This document shows, in pieces, positions 13,158-34,257 of a DNA stretch of 64,000 nucleotides. The stretch's first letter is position 1. Each line of letters begins with the position of its first letter. The notes below the pieces were generated by a model. That model was given only the letters and a program-made list of their open reading frames with translations, was not told where the DNA came from and searched no databases. Source of the stretch: the human T2T-CHM13v2.0 reference genome, Homo sapiens. Where the stretch lies: NCBI RefSeq assembly GCF_009914755.1, contig NC_060929.1. One strand, written 5' to 3'. The position numbers were made by a program, and so were the translations under genes.

Positions 13158-15540
13158 TTTTATTTTATTTTTAGTTGACACAATAATTGTACATATTTAT
13201 GGGGGAGAGAGTGATATTTTCATACCTCTATACAATGTGTAATGATCAAATCAGTGTAATTAGGACATCCATCACCTCAAATATTTACAATTCCTTTGCA
13301 TTGAGAACATACAAAATCCTCTTTTCTAACATTTTAACATATATAATAGACTGCTATTAACCATATTTACACTACAGTGCCATAGAACAGTAGAACTTAT
13401 TCCTCCAAATAGCTGTTATTTTGTGTCCATTAAAAAGCCTCTTCCTATCTTTCCTTCCCCACTGCCCTTTGCAGCCTATAATAACCAAAACTCCACTCTC
13501 CACTTCTGTGAGCTCTGTTTTTTTAGCTCCCACACAGGAGTGAGAACATGCAGTATTTATGTCCCTGACTTATTTCACTTAAGATAATGTCCTCCAGGTT
13601 TATATATATATAGTCACAAAAGATAAGATTTCATTTATGTGTGTGTGTGCATGTGTGTATATATGGATAGATACATGTATGTATATATATGGATAGATCT
13701 ATGTGTGTGTATATATATAGATACATATATGTATGGATAGATACATGTATGTATATATGTATATATCTATCTAGTCACATTTTCTTTATCCATTCATTTG
13801 TTGATGGTTATTTACATTGATTCTATATCTTGGCTATTGTGAGTAGTGCTGCAATAAACAAGAGGGTGCAACTATCTCTTCAATATACTGATTTCCTTTC
13901 TTTTGGATAAATACCCAGTAGTGGGATTGTTGGATCACATGGTAGTTCTATTTTTCATTTTATGATAAACTTCCACATTGTTTTTCAAAATGTCTGTCCT
14001 GATTTGTATTCCCACCAGCAGTATATAGGAGTTCCCTTTTCTCTGCATTCTTGACATTTGTCACTTTTTTGATAGTAGTTATTCTAACTGGGATGATATC
14101 TTATTATAGTTTTGATTTACATTTCCCTGATGATTAGTGATGTTGAGCATTTTTTTCATATACTTGGCCCTCTGTATATCTTCTTTTGATAAATCTATAT
14201 TCAGATTCTTTGCCAATTTTAAAATTTGGATTATTTTGGGTTTTATTGTTGAATTTTTTGAGTTTCTTATATATTCTGGGTATTAATCCCTTACCAGATA
14301 AATGGTTTTCAAATATTTCCTCCATTCCTGCAGGCTATTTCTTCACTCTGCTGATTGTTTCCTTTGCTGTGCAGAACCTTTTTAGTTAGACATAGTTTCA
14401 GTTGTCTCTTTTTTGCTTTTTTCCCTTTTTATCTTACCCATAAAAATCTTTGCCTGGATGAATGTCCTGAAACATTTTTTTCTAGTAGTTTAACAGTTTT
14501 GGGTCTCACATTTAAGTTTTTAGCCTCTTCTAGTTGTTTTTTGTATGTTGTGAGAGACAGGGGTCTGGTTCCATTCTTCTGGATATAGGTCTCCCATTTT
14601 CCAAACATGATTTATTGAAGAGTGTCCCTTTCCTCAATCGATGTTTTTGGCATGTCATTTGAACATCAGTTGGCTGTAAATATGTGTATTTATTTCTTGA
14701 TTTTCTATTTTGTTCATTGGTCTGTCGGTTTTAATATCATTACTAGGCTGTTTTGGTTGTTCTTGCTTTGTAGTATTTTTGAAGTAAGGTAGTGTGATGC
14801 CCCACTTTTGTTCCTTTTGTTCAGGATTGTTTTGGCTACTCAGGGCCTTTTGTTGTTTCATATGAGTTTTAGTATTTTTTTTTTATTTCTGTGAATAATG
14901 ACTTGGTATTTTGTTAGTGATTGCATTGCATCTGTAGATCATTTTGGGTAGTATGGTCATTTAGCAATATTAATTCTTCCAACTCATGAGTATGGGATGT
15001 CTTCTCATTTGTTTGTATCTTATTCAACTTTTTTATCAGTCTTTTGTTGTTTTTATTGTAGAGATGTTTCACATTCTTAGTTACATTTATGTCTAGATAT
15101 TTAATTAGTTTTTGTAGCTACTCTAAATGGGCATGATTTCTTAATTTCCTATCCAGAAAGTTGATTATGGGTGTATGAAAACACTACTGATTTTTATACA
15201 TTGATTATATATCCTGCAATTTTACTGAATTCATTTATCAGTTCAATTTTCATTTATTTGCAGTTTTTTTTTTCTTTTTTCTTTTTTTTTTCTGGAGCCT
15301 TTAGGTTTTGCTATGTATAAGATCATGTCATCTACAAAGAGGGATATTTGCCTTCCTCTTTTCCCATTTGGATGCCCTTTATTTTTTTCTCTTCCCTAAT
15401 TTCTTTGGATCGAATTTTCAGTACTATGTTGAATAAGCATAGTGATAGTGGGCATCCTTGTCTTGTTTGAGTTCTTAGAGAAAAAGCTTCAGTTTTCCTG
15501 TTAAATATGATGTTTGCTATGGGTTTCTCATACATGACCT
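13158..15540 (-). mobile_element. L1MA-type LINE, 3' 2.4 kb, with (TA/TG)n tract 13600-13770
   Basis: L1MA 3'UTR (aatgatcaaatcagtgtaattagg) and degenerate ORF2 peptides (TRQGCPLS). Confidence 0.9.
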
Positions 15541-15699
15541 TTACAATTGTTAATGTAACACTGCACAGAAAAGAGGAAAGAAAGATATTTAAAATGAATA
15601 TAATTTCAAATTATATGTTTATATACATGTAAGACTTTCCCCCAAGCTCACATTATACACTCAGTTCTATTCTAGAGAAAACAGCATATGGAAGCATAA

Positions 15700-16700
15700 A
15701 GCTTCCTGAAGATAATATTGTTGAATACCTACCTGACACAAGGTAAGGCGATGCTTTATTGAAGAGGATATTTAAAGCATAGGGAAAAATTAAAATATTG
15801 AGAAATTACAATAGATTCAAATAAAGGACTTTATATATTGAAAATATGCTGCTAAGGAAGCTAACAGGCAAACTGCAGCATGGAAGTAGATCTTTAGATA
15901 TTTACAGTACATATAACTTATAATGTTCTTTAATGCAGAGCATTTTTATGTGTTTACATGCACACATTCATATATATGTGCATGCACATGAGTGTATGTA
16001 CATATAAGATAAAAAGAATACTTGCTCAGAGATTTCTCAAAGAGAGTATTCAAAAGGACAATACAAATATGCACATAATTTAAATATCATCTGTCTTCAA
16101 AAAATGCAAAATAAACCCATAATGGGATACCTTTAAACACACACCTGATTGTTTATATTAAATATTGGATAGAATGTGGAGCAACCAGATCTCTTAGACA
16201 ACATGTTGAAAAATTATTTGACTGCCAAGCTGATGTATTTTGTATGATGCACCCATTGCATTGCTAAGTATATATCCATCAATTATATGTACATATACAC
16301 CTTAGACACAAGTCTAAGCATGTTCTTGACTGACAAAACATGGAATTACCCCAAATCCTCATCTAAATTAGAATTGATAAATATTATGATATATTTGCAC
16401 AGTAAAATAACGTATAGTAATAAAAAGGCACAAATATCTACAGAGTTACATAGTCAACGTCAAAAAGACAATATTGAACAAAATAAAGAGAAATTAACTC
16501 ATACTGTACAATTCCATTAATATAAGCTAAAAACCAGGGTAAAATAGTTTAGGGTGCTAGAAGGGAAGATAATGGTTAATTTTAGAATAGAGAGTTGGTA
16601 TGCCTGAATGGAGAAAAGGATGATTCTAGGGTGTGAATAATAGTCTGTCTTGTATATGGTATATATTTTGTCTTCATTTTGTGTATGTTTTTGCACATAT
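15700..16700 (+). mobile_element. Degraded old L1 (L1ME/MC) 3' fragments
   Basis: aaaatgcaaaataaacccataatgggatac, agaatgtggagcaaccagatctct motifs. Confidence 0.5.
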
Positions 16701-16705
16701 TTGAT

Positions 16706-17283
16706 TCTATTAGGGTTCTCCAGAGGGACAGAATTAATAGGATATATGTATATATGAAAGGGAGTTTATTATGAAGAGTTGACTTACATGATAACAAGGC
16801 AAAGTCCCACTTAGGACATCTGCAAGCTAGGGAAGAAAGAAGCCAGTAGTGGCTCAATCCAAGTCCAAGGCTTCAAAAGCAGGGAAGCTGACAGTACAAC
16901 CTTCAGTCTGTGGCTGAAGGCCTGAGAGCACCCAGCAAACCACTGTTGTAAGCCCAAGAGTTTAAAGGTCAAAGAACCTGGAGTCTGATGTCCAAGGGCA
17001 GGAGGAACCAAAGGAAGCATTCAGAATGGGAGAAAGATGAAAGCCAGAAGACTCAGCAAGTCGGCTTATCCCACCTTCTTCTGCCTGCTTTGTTCTAGAC
17101 ATGCTGGCAGCAGATTGAACGGTATCCACTCACATTGAGGGTGGGTCTTCCTCTTCCAGTCCACTGACTCAAATGTCAATCTCCTCTGGTAACACACTCA
17201 CAGACATACCCAGAAACAACACTTTACAGCTATCTAGGCATCCTTCAATCCAATCAATTTGACACTTAAAATTAACCATCACA
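16706..17283 (-). mobile_element. MLT2B solo LTR
   Basis: tattagggttctccagagggacag...aaaattaaccatcaca; TSD ttgat/atgat. Confidence 0.9.
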
Positions 17284-17477
17284 ATGATACTCCAACTAAA
17301 ATGATTTTTTTTTAATTTTCAGAGATCAGGAAGAAAATAAAAGTAAAGTGAGTGGCACCTATACTTGAATTTCTTGGACCACATATGAAAAATATTTCAT
17401 ATCTATTGTCTATAATTCTTGAAGCACTGCTATATCCAGAACTATTTCTTTAGATGTCAAGATAACCAATATGTCTG

Positions 17478-17858
17478 ATGTTATGAACTGAATGTTTTCA
17501 TCCCCCCAAAATGGGGGTGGTGAAACATTTCAACATTTGAGTGTTGAAATCCTGATTCCCAATGGATTTGGTATTAAGAGCTGAGGCCTTTGGGAGGTAA
17601 TCAGGTCGTGACAGTGGAGAGCTCATGATGGGGTTAGTGTCCTTATAATAAGAGACTAGAGAGAGCTTATTTTTTTTTCCTCTCTGTTTCTCTATCTCTG
17701 CCATGTGAAGGCATAACCGGAAGACAGCCATTGGCAAATCATGAAGAGTGCCCTCACAAGATACCAGATCTACCGTCAGCACATTCATCTTGGATAAATG
17801 TTTGTTGTTTAAACGACCCAGTCTGTGGTATTCTGTCACAACAGCCAAAACTAAGATA
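17478..17858 (+). mobile_element. MaLR LTR (MLT1A/MSTD-like)
   Basis: tgttatgaactgaatgt..gaggcctttgggaggtaatcagg..aaaactaagata. Confidence 0.8.
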
Positions 17859-18075
17859 ACTGGCCATGGGAAGAGCAATTGCAACAAGTTGCAGAGGGGA
17901 AGTGAATATTGAAATAATGTAGGGGAAGGGCAAACACAGAATTCAGCAATCGCAAAAAACATTAATTCTAGAATTACTGACTGTCATGGTGGTAGGGACT
18001 CTAGAGGGAGCATGAGCACCACCTTGGTTCCAAGTTGAGTGGTGAATTTGTTTGTATGGATGACTTAATTATTTC

Positions 18076-20021
<1,946 letters not shown>

Positions 20022-20504
20022 TTAATGATTTCAAAAAATTTTATTTTTGATCACAAGTGTTATTTGAGGTTATTACTGAAAAAGAAAATGAAAACGAAAT
20101 AGGATAAAATCAGAAAAACCAAAGCTTTTAAAAACATTTAAAAGCTAACTTTTAGGATGCATATATAGAATACTGTAGTCTAGATTCTATAGATTATAAC
20201 AAATATTGTATTTTAAAGTATGATAATAGAGTATGTGTTGATTTTCAGTAATGTAAAATTAACACATATTATATTATCATACTTTAAGTCTTTTCACTTT
20301 TTTTTAAAATAAGATTGTCTTGGCCATGTTTTGCTCTTTGAGTTTTCATATACATTTTAGATTCATCTTGTTAATCTTCACACAAATATACACAAAAACA
20401 TACACACATACACATAAACTATGTTTTGAAATTTCTGGCAGTTTTTGGTCTTTTAACATTAGATGAAATATATTTAATGTCTTTTGTTTTTACGAATTCT
20501 CTGT

Positions 20505-20715
20505 CTATATATATGTAATATATATGATGCTATATATATCATTGTTATATATATGTAACAAGTTGCAGAGGGATATATGTAATACATATTATGCTATGTA
20601 TAATACTACATATATATTACATATATATCATATATATCAATGCTATATATAGGATAATCTAGTTTACATATATGATATGATATATATAGTCATATACATA
20701 TACGATATATGTATA
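20505..20715. repeat. Degenerate (TA)n low-complexity tract
   Basis: Direct reading. Confidence 0.85.
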
Positions 20716-20900
20716 ATCATTTTAAATGCATCAGAATAATACACATTGTAGTATAAGAAAAATTATTATCCACTAATTAAAAAGTTCTGTTTCCAGGCTT
20801 TCAGTATTAGGAACCGTAATGAACAGTTCTATGCATAAAGGTAATCTAAATTATATTTAGAATTTTTAATATAGTGTCTATAAAGTGAACTGTTAACGTG

Positions 20901-21577
<677 letters not shown>

Positions 21578-21774
21578 GAGGATACGTATTATTAAAATTA
21601 GTGGTAAATTGTTTTCTTATACATAATTTTAAAACTGTCTATTCTAACCATGAACACAGGTGAGTATACCACAGACTATTCCAAGAAGAGAATGTCATAG
21701 CATCAATTTTTCTTTATTCCAAAACATCATTTAAGTATTATCTTTCAGACTTTAAGGGGAAAAGCTCTTGCAGT

Positions 21775-21826
21775 TCTCTCTCTCTCTTTCTCTGTGTGTG
21801 TGTGTGTGTGTGTGGTGTGTGTGTGT
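21775..21826. repeat. (TC)n(TG)n microsatellite
   Basis: Direct reading. Confidence 0.9.
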
Positions 21827-21884
21827 CGAGGAGAAAGCAAGGCAGATAGAGAAACGGGTAGAGAGAAGGAGAGAGATAAACTAA

Positions 21885-22288
<404 letters not shown>

Positions 22289-22913
22289 CTTTTTTATTTT
22301 TTTAGCTTTGTAAAGAATCAAAATACTAATAATGTTATAAAAAGTTTAAGTGGTATTTTAAATAATGCATGTTATAATTTCATAAATTGATTCTTTTTGT
22401 TTTCAGTTGACTCAGATAATGCACATATAATTTTAGGGCTAACATACAAGGTTATTTTTAGAACTTCATGAGCTACCTTATTTTATAGCAACTACCATAA
22501 TGAAATAATTTGAGAAGTTTTTCTGAAAGTCCAAATTTGAGTAGATTAAAAATAATTTAAAATTTTCTTTTCTTTGGATGAAAGCTTCTTTTATAGTGCA
22601 AATATATTTTAATTAGAAATTTACATTTAAAAATCACATTAAAATAGACTATTTTTACTAACTTAAGCCAGAGTGTAAATAATATTAATGCTAAATACGT
22701 ATTTTTCAAGAAAAGATTCAAATGAACTGTGACATTTAAGTGCAAAGTTCCAACGTTTTACAATTGTCCTTTGAATAAAACTTGAATCAGATTTTCTTCA
22801 TTCCAGCATCAAATCTGAACATTTCAAGAGGTAAACAGTGATTCTTTGATGCTTTACTTCAAAGCATCCAAAGGAAATTAATCAAATTAATCCATCCTCT
22901 TTTCTATTGGCAA

Positions 22914-22948
<35 letters not shown>

Positions 22949-23774
22949 CTTTGGATTCAGGGCATTTCACAAGACCCTAATGAGTACTGAGAAGAGAAAA
23001 AAAAGTATTAAATGGTGGTATTAGGAGATTGCAAAACTAGTGAAATGCTTTTTTTAGACTAGATTGGGAATGCAAATGAGTGAAGGAGGCCCCAGGTGTC
23101 TTGGAAAGACTGCAAAGTGCACTGCCTCTGGAAAGGTGGCAGCTGCTACCCAGCAACCGTGGATCTTTGCCACATTGGAATTCAGAACCAGGTTTGGCAG
23201 ATATTCCAATGTTTCTAGAAATGACAGAAACTTATATTTTAATATGATCTCTCTCAATTTTTGAATGCTGGTGTTAACAAAAGGATTCCTTGTGAGCCAA
23301 ACAAAATAAGTTGGAAAGCTTCTCCTTGTTAAGTGAACAGAATGTGACACTGAAAAAAAAACACCACTTGACCGCAGCTATTTTAATCAAAGTCCTTAAA
23401 AGCATTTTTTAAAAATATTTAAGGGATAATTTTTTATGTCAGTTTTTTGGGGAGGTAACATCAAAAGAAAATTATATTGCCTACCAAAACCATTGTTGAA
23501 GGACAAAGGAACTTTAATCATGTTGTGAATGTAAGCTTCCTTATCTATTTCTCAATAATCAGATAATTGTTTCTCATTTGAAGAGGAGGAGGGATACTTG
23601 AGAGATTATTTAAGAAGTCACTGTAGTACAGTTATTTTCTGAAACACAGAGAGACTGCCTTTCAAAGCATTGTTTGCCTAAAATATGATCTCTTTCCGTA
23701 TCTTTTCTAACCTCTCTAAAGGAATTACAGTGTTTGCAAAATCATTGCTGTAGGCATAGTTAAATCATATCAGC

Positions 23775-24005
23775 TTTATAGCCAGGCTCTCAGATCCTGA
23801 ATCCACGTTCTGGTGTTTACTAACTATTTCACTTTGTGTATATTACCAAACTCCCTTGGAATCTCAGGTTCCTCATTTTTTAAAGTAATGGTCATTATGC
23901 TACTTACCTCCTAGGCTTGTTATGAGAATTTTATAAGGAAACCTTTAAAGCCATCAGCATAACAACTGGGAAATAAAAAGTGTTCCATGCATTTTAGTTT
24001 TTATT
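23775..24005 (+). mobile_element. MIR
   Basis: tctcaggttcctcattttttaaagtaatgg..acttacctcctaggcttgttatgag core. Confidence 0.7.
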
Positions 24006-24701
24006 ATGTTGTTTGAAGTCACTTTCTTTTTCTAGTTAATGTAGAAATACCGTTGTGGGTGTCAAAAGACACAATTTTCTCTCAACTGAAACTTTACATA
24101 CCTATAGCAATTACCTTCCTGGGGAAAAATAGTATTTTTAGTCACTGCTACACATATGTAATGTATTCTTTAAGATTATCCTATCCCATCTCCAATACTT
24201 TTTACATTATTCTAAGATTATATTATATGTGGTATTGACAATTATCTGGTTATTAGACAAAAATGGATACACTAGAACTCAGAAAAATTGCATGATCTAT
24301 CTAGGACCATTTTTTTTAATATGGCAAAACTAGAACAAAAATGCAAGGTTTTGTTTTTTTTATTGTATATCTCTATCTGACTATATTTCAATCACTTCAG
24401 TTGAAAATATAGATAATAAAATAATGCCTTAATTCATAAAATGTTGAATTTTATGAACTAAAAATTTCTGAATTTTAAACTAAAAAGAAAGGAACAAATG
24501 AACAAGAGAAAGCCAATATTTTTATAGAGAAACAAATTTTGTCAGTTAAGCTATAGTGTGACAAACAGCTGTCTACCTGTTAACCAATTCTAGATGATTG
24601 GCATAGTTTGCATTTACATCCAGATATTTCAGCATTTTGAGATCTAGATTCACACATCCACAGTTAACAAAAATGATCCATAGAAGATCACATTTCATGG
24701 G

Positions 24702-25028
24702 TGTTACAGTTTGAATGTTTGTCCTCTCCAAAACTCATATCCGAAATTAATCTCCCACGTAACAGTGTTGGAAGGCACGGCCTAATGGGAGGGAAGAACC
24801 CTTGTGAATGAATTAATGCCGCTGTAAAAAGGGCTTGTGGAAGTGTGCTCATCCTCTTTCTTCTGACTTCTGCTGTATAATGATGCAGCTAGAAGGCCCA
24901 TGCCAGGTGCCAGTGCCTTGGTCTTGGACTTCCCAATCTCCACAGTTGTGTGCCAGTAAATTTGTATTCATTATAACTTACACAGTCTCACGTATTGTAT
25001 CAGCACACACACAAAGAAGACTAACATA
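24702..25028 (+). mobile_element. MSTB-like solo LTR
   Basis: tgttacagtttgaatgtttgtcctctccaaaactc...agactaacata; perfect TSD atggg. Confidence 0.85.
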
Positions 25029-26259
25029 ATGGGGAATATGATTAAAGGTCAACAAATTTATTTTGGCTTCCTCTAAATAAATATTTTATAAATGCCACAT
25101 TTTCATAGCATTAGAAGTTTTAAACAAAACACTTGTAAAGAGTGGCCTTGTGACATTGATGATTTTAATATATTATCTTGTCTTTTTCTAATGAAGAAAG
25201 CAATGCAGTGGTCAACTTCATTTGAATTAAGGGAAGCTCTCTGACCATTTGAGATAGATTTTATTTTGAAGGATGATATTATGCTAAAATAATATGGGAT
25301 TGTTCTTTATTTCTTAATAAGAAAAATGAGAAAAAGACAATGTTATGGAAATTGTCATTTTACACTGTACTCAAAAGAATAAAAGTTATATATAGAACCT
25401 TGAATTGCTTTTCTCTCTCCTCAGCTTCTAGTGTATCTTAGTATTCTGAAGATTGGGAACTTCAACTTCGCACAATACATCCAACTAATGAGATTGCAGA
25501 AACATTGTGCTCTCCATCATTTCCTTATCAGCGACAGTCAGTCCATTAAAAGCTCTAACCCCAAGAAGAGAATTTCATTTTTAAACTTTGCATTCTGAAA
25601 ACGGGCTCCCCTAGACTGTTAATAGATAAGATGGATGCCACATTTGGTGACAGTTCACAACACTTGCCCTCTGCGAACTGTTTTGAAACCAGCAACAGAC
25701 CTATTAGCTTCTTTTACAAAGACGTTTTATTGATCTATTTAGTGAACTGTGAAATTCTGAAGGAAGTTCTACTTTTATTTACCTGTGTTTGTTTCTTTAC
25801 ACAATGTATTATAATATGCATACTGTTTGTTTGTGGTCTACATTTTAATTGTATCTTTTCAGAAAGCTTGAATAGATTTACTAAAAGCAATCTTCCTTTG
25901 GGTAGTGGCACAATTTGTCCTTTTAAGAACAGAAGGGTGATGATTCATCTTTGGATGCCTAACTGTTTTGCCCAGGATAAGGTAGACATGCTCACAATTG
26001 AAAGTCGGAATTGTAGGATAATCAAAATAGCCTTTCTACAATTACCATGAGCCAATTTAAGAAGAGAAATTTAACAAACTACAGCCAATGATATGACTTC
26101 ACTTCCTAACAAACAAAGCAGAAGACCTTAACTCCCAGCTTGAGATCCCATGGGAACAACCATAATTGTAGGCCAAGACATATAGGGAGAGTTAAAGTCT
26201 TAATATTTGAGCTAGTTTTATAAGTATGGATATATATGTGTGCCATTCTGTTACGGATG

Positions 26260-26832
26260 TGTTACAGGAAAGGGGTCCCTATCCAGGCCCCAAGAGAGGG
26301 TTCTTGGATCCCGTGCAAGAATTCAGGGAGAGGCCGCAGTGCAAAGTGAAAGCAAGTTCATTAAGACAGTAAAGGAATAAAATAATGGCTACTCTATAGA
26401 CTGAGCAGCACTGAAGGCTGCTGGTTGCCCATTTTTATGGTTATTTCTTGATTATATGCTGAATGTGGGATGAATTATTCATGCCTCCCCTTTTTAGACC
26501 ACCTAAATTATTCATGCCTCCCCTTTTTAGACCACTTCCTGACTTTGCCACAGCGTTCGTAAACTGTCATGGTGCTGGTGGGAGTGTAGCAGTGAGGACG
26601 ACCAGAGGTCATTTCTGTGGCTGTTTTGGTTTTGCTGGATTTTGACCGGCTCCTTCACCACAACGTGTTTTATCAGCGAGGTCTTTGTGACCTGTATCTT
26701 GTGCTGACCTCCCATCTCGTTCTGTGACTTAGAATGCCTTAACCATCTGGCAATGCAGCCCAGTAGGTTTCAGCCTCATTTTACCCAACTCCTATTTAAG
26801 ATAGAGTTGCTCTGGTTCACAGGCCTCTGACA
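26260..26832 (-). mobile_element. MER41A-like ERV1 solo LTR
   Basis: Reverse strand begins tgtcagaggcctgtgaaccagagcaactc; TG..CA ends; 4-bp TSD gatg. Confidence 0.9.
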
Positions 26833-27824
26833 GATGGAGTCAGAAAAAATCAAAAGAACTGAATTCAACTCCAATATGCCTCCTTAAGAGAAGGCTTCAG
26901 AAAATAGTAGAAAAAAAAATCATCTGAAACTGTTTTCCTTTTGGGACCAATGGCATATAGGCCGCTTATCTAGCTGGTATTTAGTAGGTATGGGGAATAA
27001 GGGCAAAAATCTAGACTTCTGGAGCTGCAATCAATAAGACGTGTCTTTGAGATATAAAATAACCAAGGTCTTAATCAATTTACACTTACAATGATTTGGT
27101 GATACAAAGGTAGAGAAATAAATATCCCTAGAAATGGTGATACAGGAACTGATTTATAGTACACAGAAAATAGGACACACTGAGCAATGTTGTGAGTAAA
27201 AACAAACACACGATGTGCTGAAGAGGTAAACTCTGCTGTGTTGTCAGAGATTAAGATTAAAATCTGTTTACAAAGTGTAGCGAAAAAGGGTTCACTCCCT
27301 TTGGAGAATTCTAGGTACATTACAGAACACTTATTAGAAACAATATCAAAGACATATTTGAATGAAGTGCCTTATATTGAAATGGAATTATTTCCTACCT
27401 TTAGTGGAAATGGCTGTCATAATAACTCAGGGGCTAGGAGCACTGAAAACAGATTAGCAGGGTAGAAATATCAAATAAATTTACTCACATTAGAATTAAT
27501 GTTAATGATAGTCAACACATTGATAATTTATTCTATGTGTGGTCTACATTATATAGCTTGTTTAATTTCTTTAACCTATGAGGAGAAGCTGTATATTCTC
27601 CTAATGTATTAGACTAAGTGTATGAATAAATTGAGTCTAATTTATTAGACAGATTAGTTATCTTTCCTAGGATTATAAACTAGAAAGTATCGTAATTATG
27701 GTTTGAAGCAAGATAGTATGATTCATAACCCATATGATTAGGAAATAATTATTAGTGATTATGGGGATATATTATTTGATACTAAGAGACTCAACCAGTT
27801 CCTCTAGGCATGGAGGTAAAGTAA

Positions 27825-28214
<390 letters not shown>

Positions 28215-29837
28215 TAAACCTACTCTACATGTAATTTTAAATTTATAATCTACCCCTAAAATGTTACAATGCTATTCATAATTTAAGATTATTTACATAC
28301 ATTTATGTAATGTTTAGGTTAATTAAAACTGATCACTACTCTATGTCTATGGATAATTACAGAAAGTTGGTAAGTTAAATTTCCTGTGTTTAACCTAGAT
28401 TATAAATTTTAGAACCAAAAAAATGTTGCAACACCCATTTGAATAACAGTAACTTCCTTTTACAAAGACCATGCTAGGTATAACCACCCATAGATATAGC
28501 TGTATAACATTTCATCATCACAGGTTCACTTTCTTGCTTTCTCCAGGAAACAAATGGGAGAGATATTAAATTTCAGAATAATGAGCTATAGCTAAAGCTC
28601 TTTATTCTGGGTGTCATTAGGCTAAGTGATATATCTATAATCTCCAACTTTGTCCTGTATCTTTACAACAAAATGTAATGATTAAACTAATACTTTCACA
28701 AACCAATGCATTCTCAAAATCACATTTGTCATTTTTTTCTTCAAATGTGTCTTACTAAAACATCTTTATGACTTACGACCTGCACTTTAATTACAGTTAC
28801 ATCCAGACTACATCAAATTATTTGATCCTGAAAACGTTTAGTTTTCACATGTATATGGCTTACCAAAATATCATGACTTTCTTCTCTTTGTTTTTACTCA
28901 TCTCTCTCCTTGCCCCTCAAGGAGAGATGAGCCTCAAGGCTCAAATGTTTTCAGCAAGTATGATGCTTGTTTGAAAAAGGCCTTGTTAGGATTTTAGTGT
29001 TATTATTTTGCCATCTCATGTACTCCTTAAATTACGTAATAAACTGCGACTCCCTATACATGTACCTTGTTTCTAAGTTCTCATTGTAGATTACATAAAT
29101 GTTTTATGAGATCTAACCCTGATATGGCTAACAGTGATTTCTAATATAGTATCTACAAGATATCTCCAAGCATCTCAAGTGTAGATAGTATAGAAAAATG
29201 TAATGAACCAAAATTTACACTTAAAATAGAGAACAACTGGAAAAACATACAGTGCTTACCAAACAATATCTCTTAAAATACTCTGAAGAATACGGAGAGT
29301 TCAGTGTCTATACTTATCACTCCTGTGGGGGTATGGTAAATTCAATGGTAATTGAACTGGCCTAGCCAGATTTTGATGGCTAAGTATAATCTCCAATTGG
29401 GCACAACTAAGAGATAGGCTGTCTTATCTACTTAATTTGACGTAATTATCCAATATTCAATGCATCAGTCTCTCCCCATTGATAGTCATAAATTTTCTCT
29501 ATACTGGGATTTTTAATTGATTGATCTGTATTCATTATTTTTAAACATGACATTTTACTGTAAGCCAAAAGATATGGTTTTATAGTACATTATGGTAGTT
29601 TCTAGGTCAAATACACTAAGCTTCTTTTCACATTTAAAATATTATTTTAATCCTTTTATATTCCAGGATATTTTAGAGTATAGATGGATTGAGATATACA
29701 TTCTTTTTTTTTTACTATACTTTAAGTTTTAGGGTACATGTGCACATTGTGCAGGTTAGTTACATATGTATACATGTGCCATGCTGGTGCGCTGCACCCA
29801 CTAACTCGTCATCTAGCATTAGGTATATCTCCCAATG

Positions 29838-33807
<3,970 letters not shown>

Positions 33808-34257
33808 TGCCCAGGCTTGATTAGGTAAACAAAGCAGCCGGGAAGCTCCAACTGGATGGAGTCCACCACAGCTCAAGGAGGCCTGCCTCTGTAGGCTCCA
33901 CCTCTGGGGGCAGGGCACAGACAAACAAAAAGACAGCAGTAACCTCTGTAGACTTAAATGTCCCTGTCTGACAGCTTTGAAGAGAGCAGTGGTTCTCCCA
34001 GCACGCAGCTGGAGATCTGAGAAGGGCAGACTGCCTCCTCAAGTGGGTCCCTGACCCCTGACCCCTGAGCAGCCTAACTGGGAGCCACCCCCCAGCAGGG
34101 GCACACTGACACCTCACACAGCAGGGTATTCCAACAGACCTGCAGCTGAGGGTCCTGTCTGTTAGAAGGAAAACTAATGAACAGAAAGGACATCCACACC
34201 AAAAACCCATCTGTACATCACCATCCTCAAAGACCAAAAGTAGATAAAACCACAAAG

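Noticed and set aside
17498-17962. 154-aa ORF
   Set aside because: Lies mostly across a MaLR LTR; no protein family similarity
25631-26050. 139-aa ORF in unique sequence
   Set aside because: No recognisable domain; composition typical of a chance AT-rich frame
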